Numbered from the stretch's first letter, positions 19,596 through 28,816 are shown. The stretch is 64,000 nucleotides of DNA from Candidatus Latescibacterota bacterium (GCA_965208835.1 OZ242358.1:1856001-1920000), one strand, 5' to 3'. Numbers and translations: made by a program. The notes: generated from the sequence alone by a model not told the origin.

Positions 19596-20228
19596 TTACG
19601 GGAGGTCGAGGATTTTGTGGATCCTGCAGGACAGCCGCCACGCGGGGTGCCGTTTGAGGATGTCGAGGGTCTTCGCGATATATTCAGGTTTGCTCGACTC
19701 GGGTTGGAGGTAGACATAACGGGCGCGGTCCTCTCTTACCATGCCTTCCTCAAAGTGTTTCCCTACCACGTATTTGAGCTCAGTAATGTCCCTGAGGCCA
19801 CTCGCGATGGATTTTCTCTTGGGAGAGACGGTCCAGTGTTCGATGAGGTCGTAAAGGTCCGGGTCCGGATCGATCGCGCCGTTGGTCTCGATATGGATGC
19901 GGTAGTCGAAGGACCGGAGTTCGCGGCAAAGCGGTCCGATGTTCTGGCCGAGGGGTTCTCCGCCGGTCAGGCAGACCCAGGAGGCGGTGTGGCGGCCGAC
20001 TTCGGCCACAATTTCGGCGATATCGAGTTCGGTGTACGTATCGAATTCGGTGTCGCAGAAGAAGCAGCGCAGATTGCATCTCGCGAGCCGCACGAAAGTG
20101 GTGGGCTGGCCGACGCGCAGGCCTTCGCCTTCTATGGAGTAGAAGATCTCGTTAATCTGCAGCGTCCGGCCGTCTTCGCGCCAGAGCGGCATCCGATCGA
20201 CGGGCGCGCGAGGGATGCCTTCCAGCAT
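19596..20228 (-). CDS. queE: 7-carboxy-7-deazaguanine synthase QueE (radical SAM)
   Basis: EIFYSIEGEG, RLARCNLRCFFCDT, LTGGEP, ETNG, TVSPK and YLQP. Confidence 0.88.
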   Translation of the reverse strand: MLEGIPRAPVDRMPLWREDGRTLQINEIFYSIEGEGLRVGQPTTFVRLARCNLRCFFCDTEFDTYTELDIAEIVAEVGRHTASWVCLTGGEPLGQNIGPLCRELRSFDYRIHIETNGAIDPDPDLYDLIEHWTVSPKRKSIASGLRDITELKYVVGKHFEEGMVREDRARYVYLQPESSKPEYIAKTLDILKRHPAWRLSCRIHKILDLP

Positions 20229-20484
20229 GTCGGGGTCTCTGGGGGACAATACGTGCTCCGGGCAGTCGGCGCGGCGGGACAGGACACCAGATCGAATACA
20301 TTTGAAATAATGGTAAACCGGGACCTGAGACAAGGAAAATCCTTGACATCCTCAACCGACCCTTCAATATTGTCGACCGTTCGGGGCATGCACAATGGTT
20401 ACGCTCCGTTTTTTTTTGGTTTAATCGCGCGGCTTACCTGTGCCCCGCGGGCGCGCCGGCGGACGATTCGCGTCAGCGGCAGAG

Positions 20485-20554
20485 TCTCGGCGTTACGACA
20501 CGCGTCGTTTCACGCCGATACCTTCTGTGCCTTTTGTGGCCGATTTAACGGTTG
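20485..20554. repeat. Dispersed intergenic repeat family C, copy 2
   Basis: Inverted homolog of 6255..6333 with a 9-bp indel. Confidence 0.7.
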
Positions 20555-20578
20555 ACTATTCCGGGTTGAGGTTAACGG

Positions 20579-21259
20579 GTGACAGATCGAACCTTTGATG
20601 CCGTGATATTCGACGTGGACGGCGTGATCGTGGATTCAGAAGCAGTCTACTGCGAGACGTTCAACGCGACGCTGGGAGATTACGGCGAAGGGATGAGCCG
20701 GGCGGACTATGCGGTATGCGTGGGCCATCCCGTCGAGGAAAACAGTGCGTACGCCGTGGACCGATACCGGTTGGACGTGACGCCTGCCGCATTCCGCGAG
20801 ATCTGGATGGATCGTTTCGAGAAAGCGGTCTCGAATCCCGACCGGGTGTCTCTGATGCCGGAGATTCTGGAACTGATGGCACACGTCCGGGCACGCGGAT
20901 GTCCGCTGGCGGTGGCGTCGTCCACGCAGCGGGACCGGATGATGAAGACGCTGAACAGCGGCCTGCTGTCCAGATTGGACGGCGTGCGTGACCTGGCCGA
21001 GGTGTTCGATGTGATGCTGTCCGGCAGCGACGTGAAACGGCTGAAACCGGCGCCGGACATCTATCTGATGGCCGCCGCGAGATTGAACGTCGAACCGGAT
21101 CGGTGTGCGGTTATCGAGGATAGCGAGGCGGGTGTCAAGGCCGGCAAGGCCGCGGGGATGACGGTGTTCGCGGTGCCGAATTTCTTCACCCGACGCCAGC
21201 GACACGGCGAGGCCGATTTCATTCTGGGCGGGCTGTCGGAAGCGAAACGGCATCTTTGA
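20579..21259 (+). CDS. HAD-superfamily phosphatase (beta-PGM-like)
   Basis: FDVDGVIVDSE, ASST, KPAPD and IEDS..G motifs. Confidence 0.9.
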   Translation: MTDRTFDAVIFDVDGVIVDSEAVYCETFNATLGDYGEGMSRADYAVCVGHPVEENSAYAVDRYRLDVTPAAFREIWMDRFEKAVSNPDRVSLMPEILELMAHVRARGCPLAVASSTQRDRMMKTLNSGLLSRLDGVRDLAEVFDVMLSGSDVKRLKPAPDIYLMAAARLNVEPDRCAVIEDSEAGVKAGKAAGMTVFAVPNFFTRRQRHGEADFILGGLSEAKRHL

Positions 21260-21264
21260 AACCG

Positions 21265-21304
21265 GCAGCCGCGTGAAAACCGCCGGGAGTTTTGCGACAG
21301 CTTC
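21265..21304. mobile_element. MITE family A, truncated right-end remnant
   Basis: GCAGCCGCGTGAAAACCGCCGGGAGTTTTGCGACAGCTTC matches the last 40 bp of 779..966 and abuts TCA, the stop codon of the next gene. Confidence 0.7.
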
Positions 21305-22027
21305 TCAGGCGTAGCTCTCCGAGTTGTCTTCGGGAGCGTATCCAAGTTCCTCGCGTGCGTTTCGGAGGTCCCAGTACGCGCGGGTATTGTTCGAAATGCC
21401 GTAATAGATGCCGAAATGGACGTCGGTTTCGATGCTGCACCGCACGAGTTGGACGGTATCGCGGTGGCTGAGCCAGGACGCGAGGATCCGGTCGCTCGTG
21501 CGGTTGATGACCGAGTCGGCCGGCTGAAAGGAGCCGATCCGCAGACAGATCACCGAGAGCCCGAATGCGTCCGCGTAGTACCGCCCCAGGTCTTCTCCGT
21601 AGGCCTTGCTGGCGCCGTAGAAACTGTCCGGCCGCGCGTTCACCTCGGTCGTGGTACCGATGCCGTTTTTTTCGTAATATCCGGTAACATGGTTGCTGCT
21701 GGCGAATACGACGCGGTGGACGTCTGACCGCCGGGCCGCCTCGTAGACGGTGTATGTTCCGCGGATGTTCGCCTCCAGGATATCTTCGAAGGAAGCGTTC
21801 CCGTTTGGATTCCCGGCCATGTGGACCACGGCGTCCACACCCTTCGCCGCCGCAATAACCCTGTTCATGTCGGTAATGCTTGAAACATGCACGTCTTCGC
21901 CGGGACGGGCCGGCAGGATGGTGTTGTGATACAGCAGGCTGAGGCGGTAGTCGTCCTTCAATCCCTCTCGCAGTACGCGCCCTATTCTGCCCGCGGCGCC
22001 TGTGATGAGGATTTTCTTTTGCTGCAC
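21305..22027 (-). CDS. NAD-dependent epimerase/dehydratase (uronate dehydrogenase-like)
   Basis: ITGAAGRIG, ASSNH, YGASK, LRIGS and WLSHRD. Confidence 0.85.
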   Translation of the reverse strand: MQQKKILITGAAGRIGRVLREGLKDDYRLSLLYHNTILPARPGEDVHVSSITDMNRVIAAAKGVDAVVHMAGNPNGNASFEDILEANIRGTYTVYEAARRSDVHRVVFASSNHVTGYYEKNGIGTTTEVNARPDSFYGASKAYGEDLGRYYADAFGLSVICLRIGSFQPADSVINRTSDRILASWLSHRDTVQLVRCSIETDVHFGIYYGISNNTRAYWDLRNAREELGYAPEDNSESYA

Positions 22028-22176
22028 GTTAAGCCTTTCGTCTAACGGTCCGTTGATCGAGTCGCTCTGCATGCATCGGCCGATGGCAGCCCGGATGGGC
22101 GTTTTCAGCGGGCTGCCAGGTTTTGAGTCGTGATCGGTTGTCAGCCCGACGGGAGGTGCGCCCGCCGGGCTGACAC

Positions 22177-23013
22177 TCACAGGGGCTTGACACCGGCCCA
22201 TTCGGGAAGGAGCCGGGCGGCATTATTCCAGAGTATGTCTTTTCTGGTTGCTTCGGAAAGATCGGCGCCCAGTGTTTTTCCGAGACATTGGCCGAAGAGG
22301 CGGACCGGCAGGTCCGAACCGAAGACGACGCGACGGCCTCCCAGCGCGTCCACGGCGGTTTCGACGATTCCGGCCTCGGGGTCGCCGCCGCCGGTGTCCG
22401 CCACCAGGTTCGGGCAGTCCGCGACATGCTCGATGCCCCGGAGCCCGCACCCGTTGAGGTGGGCCATGATGATTTTGGCGCCGGGGTGCCTGCGCGCGAG
22501 TTGGGCCACGTCCTGTGGAAAGGACTCGCCCGGCAGGTTGCCGGTGGTCTTGTCCCACGCGTGCTGCAGAACGGGCACGTCGAGTTCAGCGGCACGCTGC
22601 ATGATCGGGTCCAGCCCGGCATCGGTGGCCCGGCGCGCCACCCACAGCTTGATTCCGCACATGCGCTCTTCAACGATGCACCGGTTAATCTCGTCGACGG
22701 ACGCTTCGGGACAGGCGGGATTGACGTAGCAGAACGGAAGAAAGGCCTCAGGCGCCCGATCGCGCATCCGCAGATTGTAGTCGTTCCCGTCCCGGCAGTG
22801 TCGCATCGCGGGGTCATGGAGAGGGCTGCCGGCGCCCGATTCGGGATGCAGCAGAAAGATGCACATCTTCGTGATTCCCGCGCGTCCGGCGGCCTCCAGG
22901 ATCCTCCTGGCGTCGGTCTCTACGGATGCTGCGCCGGTACCGAGCGGGTGGACATGCACGTCCAGCACGTCGCAGGGTGGCTTGAGTCTCTCTCTCAACG
23001 TGTTCAGGTTCAC
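22177..23013 (-). CDS. Amidohydrolase_2 family metal-dependent hydrolase
   Basis: DVHVH, GIKL, LQH, MAH and FGSD; paralog of 23853..24689. Confidence 0.85.
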   Translation of the reverse strand: MNLNTLRERLKPPCDVLDVHVHPLGTGAASVETDARRILEAAGRAGITKMCIFLLHPESGAGSPLHDPAMRHCRDGNDYNLRMRDRAPEAFLPFCYVNPACPEASVDEINRCIVEERMCGIKLWVARRATDAGLDPIMQRAAELDVPVLQHAWDKTTGNLPGESFPQDVAQLARRHPGAKIIMAHLNGCGLRGIEHVADCPNLVADTGGGDPEAGIVETAVDALGGRRVVFGSDLPVRLFGQCLGKTLGADLSEATRKDILWNNAARLLPEWAGVKPL

Positions 23014-23025
23014 CGCAACCCTCCG

Positions 23026-23778
23026 CTACCAGTTGACGATTCGCTCGGCGTTTCCTCCCAGGATTGCGGCGGCATCGTCGTCGGAGAGATCGGTGGCGAC
23101 CCGCGAAAGGGCTGAGTAGGGGATGAAGAGCGGCGCGTGAGAGCCGAACAGCAGTTTGTCCCTCAGGCCGTCTTCGACCAGCACCTTTACCGCATCCATC
23201 CCGTCCGACTGGGAGACGTCCGCGTAGAGGTTGGGGAGACCCAGAATCCTGTCTCGAAGTCCCCTGACTTCAGCCGTGCGCGGCCCGCCGATGATAGTGA
23301 GAAGACCCGGGTGGCGTTCTGCGGCATCCGCGATTTCGGCTGCGGGTACGTCGGGTACCTGGGCGAGGGGATGCTGCCTGCGGGGGTCTTCGAGCCGTGT
23401 CTGCACGATGACGCCGAGCCCGGCGCACGCAAGGGCCGCGAACAGGTCGGACGCGGAACTCAGATCGTAGCCGCAATAGGCGGGCAGGAGTTTGACCAGG
23501 CGGACCCGGGGCTGCGCTTCCGCCCGCTGGAGTTCGTCGCGCCAGGTGGCGATGGTCGGATCCAGAACGGGTACGGGCCAGACGTCGTCCGTCACGACCG
23601 ATGCGGCGTAGAGACTGTCGTTGAACCGGTGCGGGTTGCGGCACCACGCGGCGTCCAGGGGCGAAACGCACATGCGTTCCACGCCGTATTCCCTGAGGGA
23701 GGCGCGAACGGAGTCAAGGGCCCCTTCGACGGGATGGGAGGGCCAGTGTCCGGTGTAGGCGTTGATGTCGATAATCAT
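23026..23778 (-). CDS. Amidohydrolase-fold protein with degenerate metal ligands
   Basis: IDINAY replaces DxHxH and LFGSH replaces FGSD; lies between two amidohydrolases. Confidence 0.75.
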   Translation of the reverse strand: MIIDINAYTGHWPSHPVEGALDSVRASLREYGVERMCVSPLDAAWCRNPHRFNDSLYAASVVTDDVWPVPVLDPTIATWRDELQRAEAQPRVRLVKLLPAYCGYDLSSASDLFAALACAGLGVIVQTRLEDPRRQHPLAQVPDVPAAEIADAAERHPGLLTIIGGPRTAEVRGLRDRILGLPNLYADVSQSDGMDAVKVLVEDGLRDKLLFGSHAPLFIPYSALSRVATDLSDDDAAAILGGNAERIVNW

Positions 23779-23852
23779 GCAGTTCTCCCTGGCGCATGTC
23801 GATTTCGATTCGCGCGATTCAGGCACGCCGTTTTGGACCCTGGCGCGATCGG

Positions 23853-24689
23853 TCAGAGGGTCCGCACGCCGGACCACGCCGGCAGGAGGCGGGCGGTGTT
23901 GTTCCAGAGGATCTCTCTCTTGACGGCCTCCGGAAGCTCGGTTCCGAGCGTCTTGCCGAGTTGCACGCCGAAATGGCGGATCGGAGCGTCGGAACCGTAG
24001 ACGATGCGATCGGGTCCGATGGTCGATACGGCCGCTTCGACGATGCCGCTGTCCGGGTCTCCTCCGGAGGTATCGACGTAGATGTTCGGACAGTCCGCCA
24101 CGTCTTCCATACCGGCAAGCCCGCAGCCATTCATGTGAGCCATGATGATGTTCGCGTCAGGGTGGCGCCGCGCCAGGTGAGCCACGTCGGCCGGAAAGGA
24201 CTCGCCCACAAGATTGCCGTCCGTCTTGATCCACGCGTGCTGCAGCACCGGAACACCGAAATGTACCGCGCGTTCCAGGATGGGGTCCAGGCCCGGATCG
24301 GTGGCGCGGCGGGCGACCCACAGCTTGATCCCGCCCATACGCTCGCATTCGATGCAGCGGTCGATTTCCGAAACGGACTCAGCGGGGTACATTGGATTGA
24401 CGTAACAGAAGGGGATGAAGACGTCCGGCGCGACGTCCCGCATGGAGAGGGCGTAGTCGTTTGCCTGCCTGAACGCTTCAACCGACGGCTCTCTCGGGCA
24501 GGTGGTGTATAACGAGAAGAGGCACATCTTTTCCACGCCCGCGCGTGCGGCGGACTCGATAATGAGGCGCGCGTCCTCCCTGGCATCGGCGATCCTGTAA
24601 AGACCGAAGCAGTCCAGCGGATGCACGTGGACGTCGAGGGCGGGGCAAGCCGGCTTCAGGCGGTCCGTCACTTCGGATGGCGTCATCAC
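23853..24689 (-). CDS. Amidohydrolase_2 family metal-dependent hydrolase
   Basis: DVHVH, GIKLWVARRATD, MAH and YGSD. Confidence 0.85.
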   Translation of the reverse strand: MMTPSEVTDRLKPACPALDVHVHPLDCFGLYRIADAREDARLIIESAARAGVEKMCLFSLYTTCPREPSVEAFRQANDYALSMRDVAPDVFIPFCYVNPMYPAESVSEIDRCIECERMGGIKLWVARRATDPGLDPILERAVHFGVPVLQHAWIKTDGNLVGESFPADVAHLARRHPDANIIMAHMNGCGLAGMEDVADCPNIYVDTSGGDPDSGIVEAAVSTIGPDRIVYGSDAPIRHFGVQLGKTLGTELPEAVKREILWNNTARLLPAWSGVRTL

Positions 24690-24757
24690 ACGTCTCCAGT
24701 ATAAAGCACATCACACATGCACGATACCGTCGGCACGGGGTTTTTCCGGATAATTCC

Positions 24758-24786
24758 TTGCCCCTGCAATCCATCATATATATAAT
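24758..24786 (+). promoter_or_regulatory. Sigma70 promoter upstream of the nucleotidyltransferase
   Basis: TTGCCC-N17-TATAAT. Confidence 0.6.
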
Positions 24787-24968
24787 TAACCAGGGCCTGA
24801 ATGTCAGCAGATTTCCGCCCGGCCGGTGACGAAACGGTTTGGGATGCCCAACCGCACGCCCGGGAAACGCAGCGCCTTTCGCAGTGCGGTTACACATTGA
24901 TCCTGTCGCCGTCGCAATCGTAATGCCGGAAAGTTTTCCTTGCTTATTCGAATTCCTGAATGGGGAGG

Positions 24969-25727
24969 ATGATGAAAGCGATCGTCATCGCGGCGGGTTA
25001 CGCCACCCGGCTATACCCCCTGACCCTGAACTTCCCGAAGGGGCTCCTCGAGGTGGGCGGGCGCGCGATCGTGGACTATCTGATGGACCAGATCGAGTCC
25101 GTTCCGGATGTAGATGAGGTCTATCTTGTAACCAACAGCCGGTTCGCCGGTCATTTCGAGCGCTGGGCGGCCGGGTGGAACGGTCGGCTGGACATCGACG
25201 TGATCGACGACGGGACGACGACCAATGACAACCGGCTGGGCGCGGTCGGGGACATCCGGTTCGCTATCGGTTCGCGGGCGATTACCGACGACATCCTGGT
25301 ATGCGGGTCGGACAATCTGCTCGAATTTCGTCTGAAGGATCTGGTGGCGGACTACCGCGCCAATCCTGTGGCCCACATTTGCGTATGTTACGTGGACGAC
25401 CCGGCTGACCGCCGGCGCCGCGGCATCGCAGTGCTGAACGCGGACAACCGTGTGGTAAAGTTTGAAGAAAAGCCCGACCAGCCGGAATCGTACTGGGGCT
25501 CCGCTGCCATTTACGTATACCCCGCGACCACGCTGAAGCGGTTCGACGAATATGTAGAGAGCGGTCGGACGCCGGATGCGCCGGGGCACTTCGTCGAGTG
25601 GCTCTGCCAGGTCGAGCCCGTATACGCGCACAGAATTCAGGGCTCGGCGATCGATATCGGAAATCCCGAGACCCTGGAGCAGGCGAGGCGTGAATACGGG
25701 GATGAGGCTCGCAACGCACATAAGTAA
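24969..25727 (+). CDS. Sugar-phosphate nucleotidyltransferase family protein
   Basis: IAAGYATRLYPLT..PK, FEEKP and DIG. Confidence 0.88.
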   Translation: MMKAIVIAAGYATRLYPLTLNFPKGLLEVGGRAIVDYLMDQIESVPDVDEVYLVTNSRFAGHFERWAAGWNGRLDIDVIDDGTTTNDNRLGAVGDIRFAIGSRAITDDILVCGSDNLLEFRLKDLVADYRANPVAHICVCYVDDPADRRRRGIAVLNADNRVVKFEEKPDQPESYWGSAAIYVYPATTLKRFDEYVESGRTPDAPGHFVEWLCQVEPVYAHRIQGSAIDIGNPETLEQARREYGDEARNAHK

Positions 25728-25770
25728 CCGCACTTGGCCTGCATCGCGAGCATTTCCATGAGTTTGTAAT

Positions 25771-25882
25771 TCCTGAGCCGCTCCCTGAGCCTGTCGAAGG
25801 GTCGGCGAAGGGATCGCAAACACGGGCATTTCGACATTTCGACAAGCTCAATGCAGGCATGCTCAATGACCACGTTTCGACA
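25771..25882. repeat. REP-like palindromic repeats (CCTGAGCCTGTCGAAG / TTCGACAAGCTCA type)
   Basis: ccctgagcctgtcgaaggg, ttcgacaagctcaatg and ttcgacagg; related motifs at about 50950-51000. Confidence 0.6.
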
Positions 25883-25912
25883 GGTCCTGGAAATTGAACT
25901 CATAGTTTGGGG

Positions 25913-27367
25913 ATGAGAATGCCCCGTAACTTCCCCCGCACCGCGACGTTTCTCCTGTTGATTCCCATTGCCGTGTCCGCGCACAGTCTTGGGGCGGATT
26001 TCGACGGGGACGGCGTCGTGGGGTTCCCGGATTTCCTGCTTTTCGCCGAAGCGTACGGGTCCAATAACGTCCGGTTCGACCTGAACGACGACGGCCAGGT
26101 GGACTTCAACGACTTTCTGCTGTTTGCCGGGGACTTCGGCAAGGTGACCCACGAGGAAGGAGAGACAGACGTCGCAGGCGTCCGCTCCACGTTCGAGGCA
26201 ATACAGGACCATATCTTCAACGAAAGCTGCATCAGCAGTTCCTGCCACAGTTCAGCTTGGGCGGCAGCCGGACTTTCACTTGAACCGGACGTGGCGTACG
26301 CGCAACTCGTGGGCCGGGTGCCGCAGAACGCGAAGGCGCGGGAAGAAGGGATGCTGCTGGTCAAGGCAGGGGATCCCGGAGAGAGTTTTCTGATGACGAA
26401 GCTGACCGGGTCCGGTGTGGGGTACGGCGACCGGATGCCGAGGTCGTACTCCAGTCTGAGCGGCGTCGCAATCGACGCGATCCGGGCATGGATTGCGGCC
26501 GGGGCGCCCCGCGACAGCGTGGTGCCGGATGCGCCCGACCTGGACCGGGTCCTGCACAACACGGAGTTCTATTTCCAGCCGCCCGCGAAGCCCCAACGGG
26601 GCATACAGCTCCACCTGAGTCCCTTCGCGGTCCCGCCGCGTTCGGAGCGGGAAATCTTCTCGACGACCCGGCTGGGGGTCGCGGAAGACCTGATGGTGAA
26701 CAAGATCGAAGTGGTGCAGCCGGAGGGTAGCCACCACTTCATTCTCTATCAGTCGACGGACGAAAACCCGCCCCCGCCGGGAATTCGCGATCTGGATCCG
26801 ATCGAGGCGCTCGGTATTTTCCGGAAACGGTTCATCGTGGGCAGCCAGTCGCCGGTGGCGGTGTTCGATTTCCCTGAAGGCATCGCGATTCCGATGCCTG
26901 CCGATGCGGTCTACGAACTGAACTCTCATTTCGTGAACACCTCGGGTGAGAATACGCTCATAGGCGAGGTGTACGTCAATCTGCACTCAATGCCCGCCGA
27001 CAGCGTCAGGGAGGCTGTAAAGCCCATCTTTGAGAGCTTTTTCGCCATCAAGGTTCCGCCGGGTCAGACTGTGACCGCCGGCCGCGACTGGACGCTGCGG
27101 CGCGACGTCAACCTTGTCATGCTGTCATCGCACATGCATCGCCACGGTCGGCGGTTCGATATCTTCCTGGACGATGAAAGGATCTACCGCAGCGAAGAGT
27201 GGGACGAACCTGTGACAAATCTGTACAATCCTGCGCTCGAAGTCAGGGCTGGACAAACCCTGCGATTCGAATGCACCCACGAAAACGACGACAAAGACTT
27301 CACCATCCGGTTCGGATTTACGGCCGAGAACGACGAGATGTGCATCATGCTGGGGTATTATTATTGA
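25913..27367 (+). CDS. Secreted EF-hand/dockerin-like + cytochrome c-like + copper type II monooxygenase-like fusion
   Basis: Signal peptide; DFDGDGVVGFPDFLLF and DLNDDGQVDFNDFLLF repeats; CISSSCH...RMP...WIAAGA; HHF, NSH, HMH and EMC copper-site motifs. Confidence 0.7.
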   Translation: MRMPRNFPRTATFLLLIPIAVSAHSLGADFDGDGVVGFPDFLLFAEAYGSNNVRFDLNDDGQVDFNDFLLFAGDFGKVTHEEGETDVAGVRSTFEAIQDHIFNESCISSSCHSSAWAAAGLSLEPDVAYAQLVGRVPQNAKAREEGMLLVKAGDPGESFLMTKLTGSGVGYGDRMPRSYSSLSGVAIDAIRAWIAAGAPRDSVVPDAPDLDRVLHNTEFYFQPPAKPQRGIQLHLSPFAVPPRSEREIFSTTRLGVAEDLMVNKIEVVQPEGSHHFILYQSTDENPPPPGIRDLDPIEALGIFRKRFIVGSQSPVAVFDFPEGIAIPMPADAVYELNSHFVNTSGENTLIGEVYVNLHSMPADSVREAVKPIFESFFAIKVPPGQTVTAGRDWTLRRDVNLVMLSSHMHRHGRRFDIFLDDERIYRSEEWDEPVTNLYNPALEVRAGQTLRFECTHENDDKDFTIRFGFTAENDEMCIMLGYYY

Positions 27368-27437
27368 GAAAGCCGGAATCGCGTTTTTCCGGGAGGCATG
27401 CGTTCCAGACGTAGACGTCGATGAATTGCACGTGAAA

Positions 27438-28208
27438 CTATGCGATGCTCCGCATTACCTCATCGAACAGAACCCCGTTCGTGGAAATGGCGTTGCCGCC
27501 CCGAATGGTCGGGTTTCCGCTCCAGTCGGTAAACGTGCCGCCCGCTTCTTCCAGAATGGGCTGCAGCGCGGCGCAGTCCCACACGGCCATCACGGGGTCC
27601 AGCATGATTTCCGCACGGCCCGTGGCAACAAGGATGTGCCCGTAACAGTCGCCCCATCCCCGGCAGTATGCGACCCTTCCCGCGAGGTTGCGGTACGCGC
27701 CGTCCCGGCCGAACTCGGCGAACGATTCGAAGTCGGTGGCACAGAGGAGCGCGTCTTCCAGGCGCGAGACCGTGGAGACGCTCGCCGGTCGGCCGTTCCA
27801 CGTACATCCCGATCCCCTGGCGGCGCATACCATCTCGTTCATGGCGGGGAGGTGAACCACGCCAACGGACGGAACGCCGTCTATTTCCACGCAGATCATC
27901 ACCCCGTAGAGCGGTACGCCGTGAACGAAGGACTTCGTACCGTCGATCGGGTCGATAATCCAGCGGCGGGGGGTCCGGCCGGTCCGGTCGCCGAACTCTT
28001 CTCCGACGATGGCATCCTCCGGAAAGCGGTCCTGTATCAGCCCGGCGATCCTTCGCTCAGCTGAGCGGTCGGCTTCGGTAACGGGGCTGTCGTCGGATTT
28101 CGTTTCGACCTGGACGCCGGTCTGAAAGTACCGCAGGGTAATGCGTCCGGCCTGCCAGGCCGCGTTGGTGCTGAAAGACAGAAGATCCTGGAGAGAAGGC
28201 TCTGCCAT
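27438..28208 (-). CDS. hisN: Inositol monophosphatase family protein, probable histidinol-phosphatase
   Basis: SPVTEADR, GEEFG, WIIDPIDGTKSF, GWGDCYG and WDCAA. Confidence 0.75.
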   Translation of the reverse strand: MAEPSLQDLLSFSTNAAWQAGRITLRYFQTGVQVETKSDDSPVTEADRSAERRIAGLIQDRFPEDAIVGEEFGDRTGRTPRRWIIDPIDGTKSFVHGVPLYGVMICVEIDGVPSVGVVHLPAMNEMVCAARGSGCTWNGRPASVSTVSRLEDALLCATDFESFAEFGRDGAYRNLAGRVAYCRGWGDCYGHILVATGRAEIMLDPVMAVWDCAALQPILEEAGGTFTDWSGNPTIRGGNAISTNGVLFDEVMRSIA

Positions 28209-28224
28209 GGGCGTCCCTTTCTCA

Positions 28225-28412
28225 GAAGTTGATACAAAATTACCGGTAAGTTCCCGAGCGCGAGCGAAAAAGTGGCGGTCCAGGCGGGAAAAGCCGCCCA
28301 TATCCAATGTATCGTGGCTGTGCGCCCCTCGCCATTCTTGGGTGGACTTAACCAACGCCGACCGGCGCTTTTGCAGCCGTGCGAAGTCCACTGGGAATAT
28401 TAAGACAGCTTC
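28225..28412. mobile_element. MITE family A, copy 3 (188 bp)
   Basis: Colinear with 779..966; flanks are TCA/TTA; inserted 16 bp upstream of the hisN-like start. Confidence 0.85.
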
Positions 28413-28498
28413 TTAATTCCGCAAATGTGCAATGCCTCAATGTCTTCGTCTGTCACCGCACGGCGCAGATTCAGCGGCCACAGTCCTGTGGAGGCCCG

Positions 28499-28527
28499 AA
28501 TGTATGCAGGAGATCGAAGGTTGTCAA
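28499..28527 (-). promoter_or_regulatory. Sigma70 promoter directed toward the hisN-like gene
   Basis: TTGACA-N17-TACATT. Confidence 0.6.
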
Positions 28528-28556
28528 GTTCACGCCGGCAATGCTCCGAGTTCCGC

Positions 28557-28585
28557 TTGCGTTTTCATTCTGGAATGCTTATATT
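28557..28585 (+). promoter_or_regulatory. Sigma70 promoter preceding the structured RNA and PhyH gene
   Basis: TTGCGT-N17-TATATT. Confidence 0.55.
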
Positions 28586-28591
28586 TACTCA

Positions 28592-28732
28592 CGGAGGCTG
28601 GATCCCCAGGGTTCAACCTCTAAAAGTGCCTTGAATCTACGTAAGGGTGACCCAACCGGAAGTTATTCCACAGGTTACTGTGGAACTTCGTCAATAATTT
28701 TCGGCACCTGGTAGGTTAGGCGCTTTTTTTTT
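28592..28732 (+). ncRNA. Candidate ~140-nt highly base-paired RNA ending in a U9 tract
   Basis: 5' hairpin, then nested helices AAAAGTGCCT/AGGCGCTTTT, AATCTAC/GTAGGTT, GGGTG/CACCT, CCGGAAGTTATT/AATAATTTTCGG and CCACAG/CTGTGG. Confidence 0.55.
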
Positions 28733-28816
28733 CAGACTTCGTTTGTGAGACTTGCGGCGGCACAGGGTCCGTGGATCCTCGCCGGATCCGCCCATAACAG
28801 TCGAAGGGGCATACAG

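Noticed and set aside
24793-24861. Hammerhead ribozyme call
   Set aside because: The core lacks G8/A9 (CUGAAU) and the NUH cleavage triplet; kept only as a structured leader.
28662-28687. DnaA box / replication origin (TTATTCCACA)
   Set aside because: A single imperfect match that is better explained as part of an RNA hairpin; no box cluster or dnaA context.
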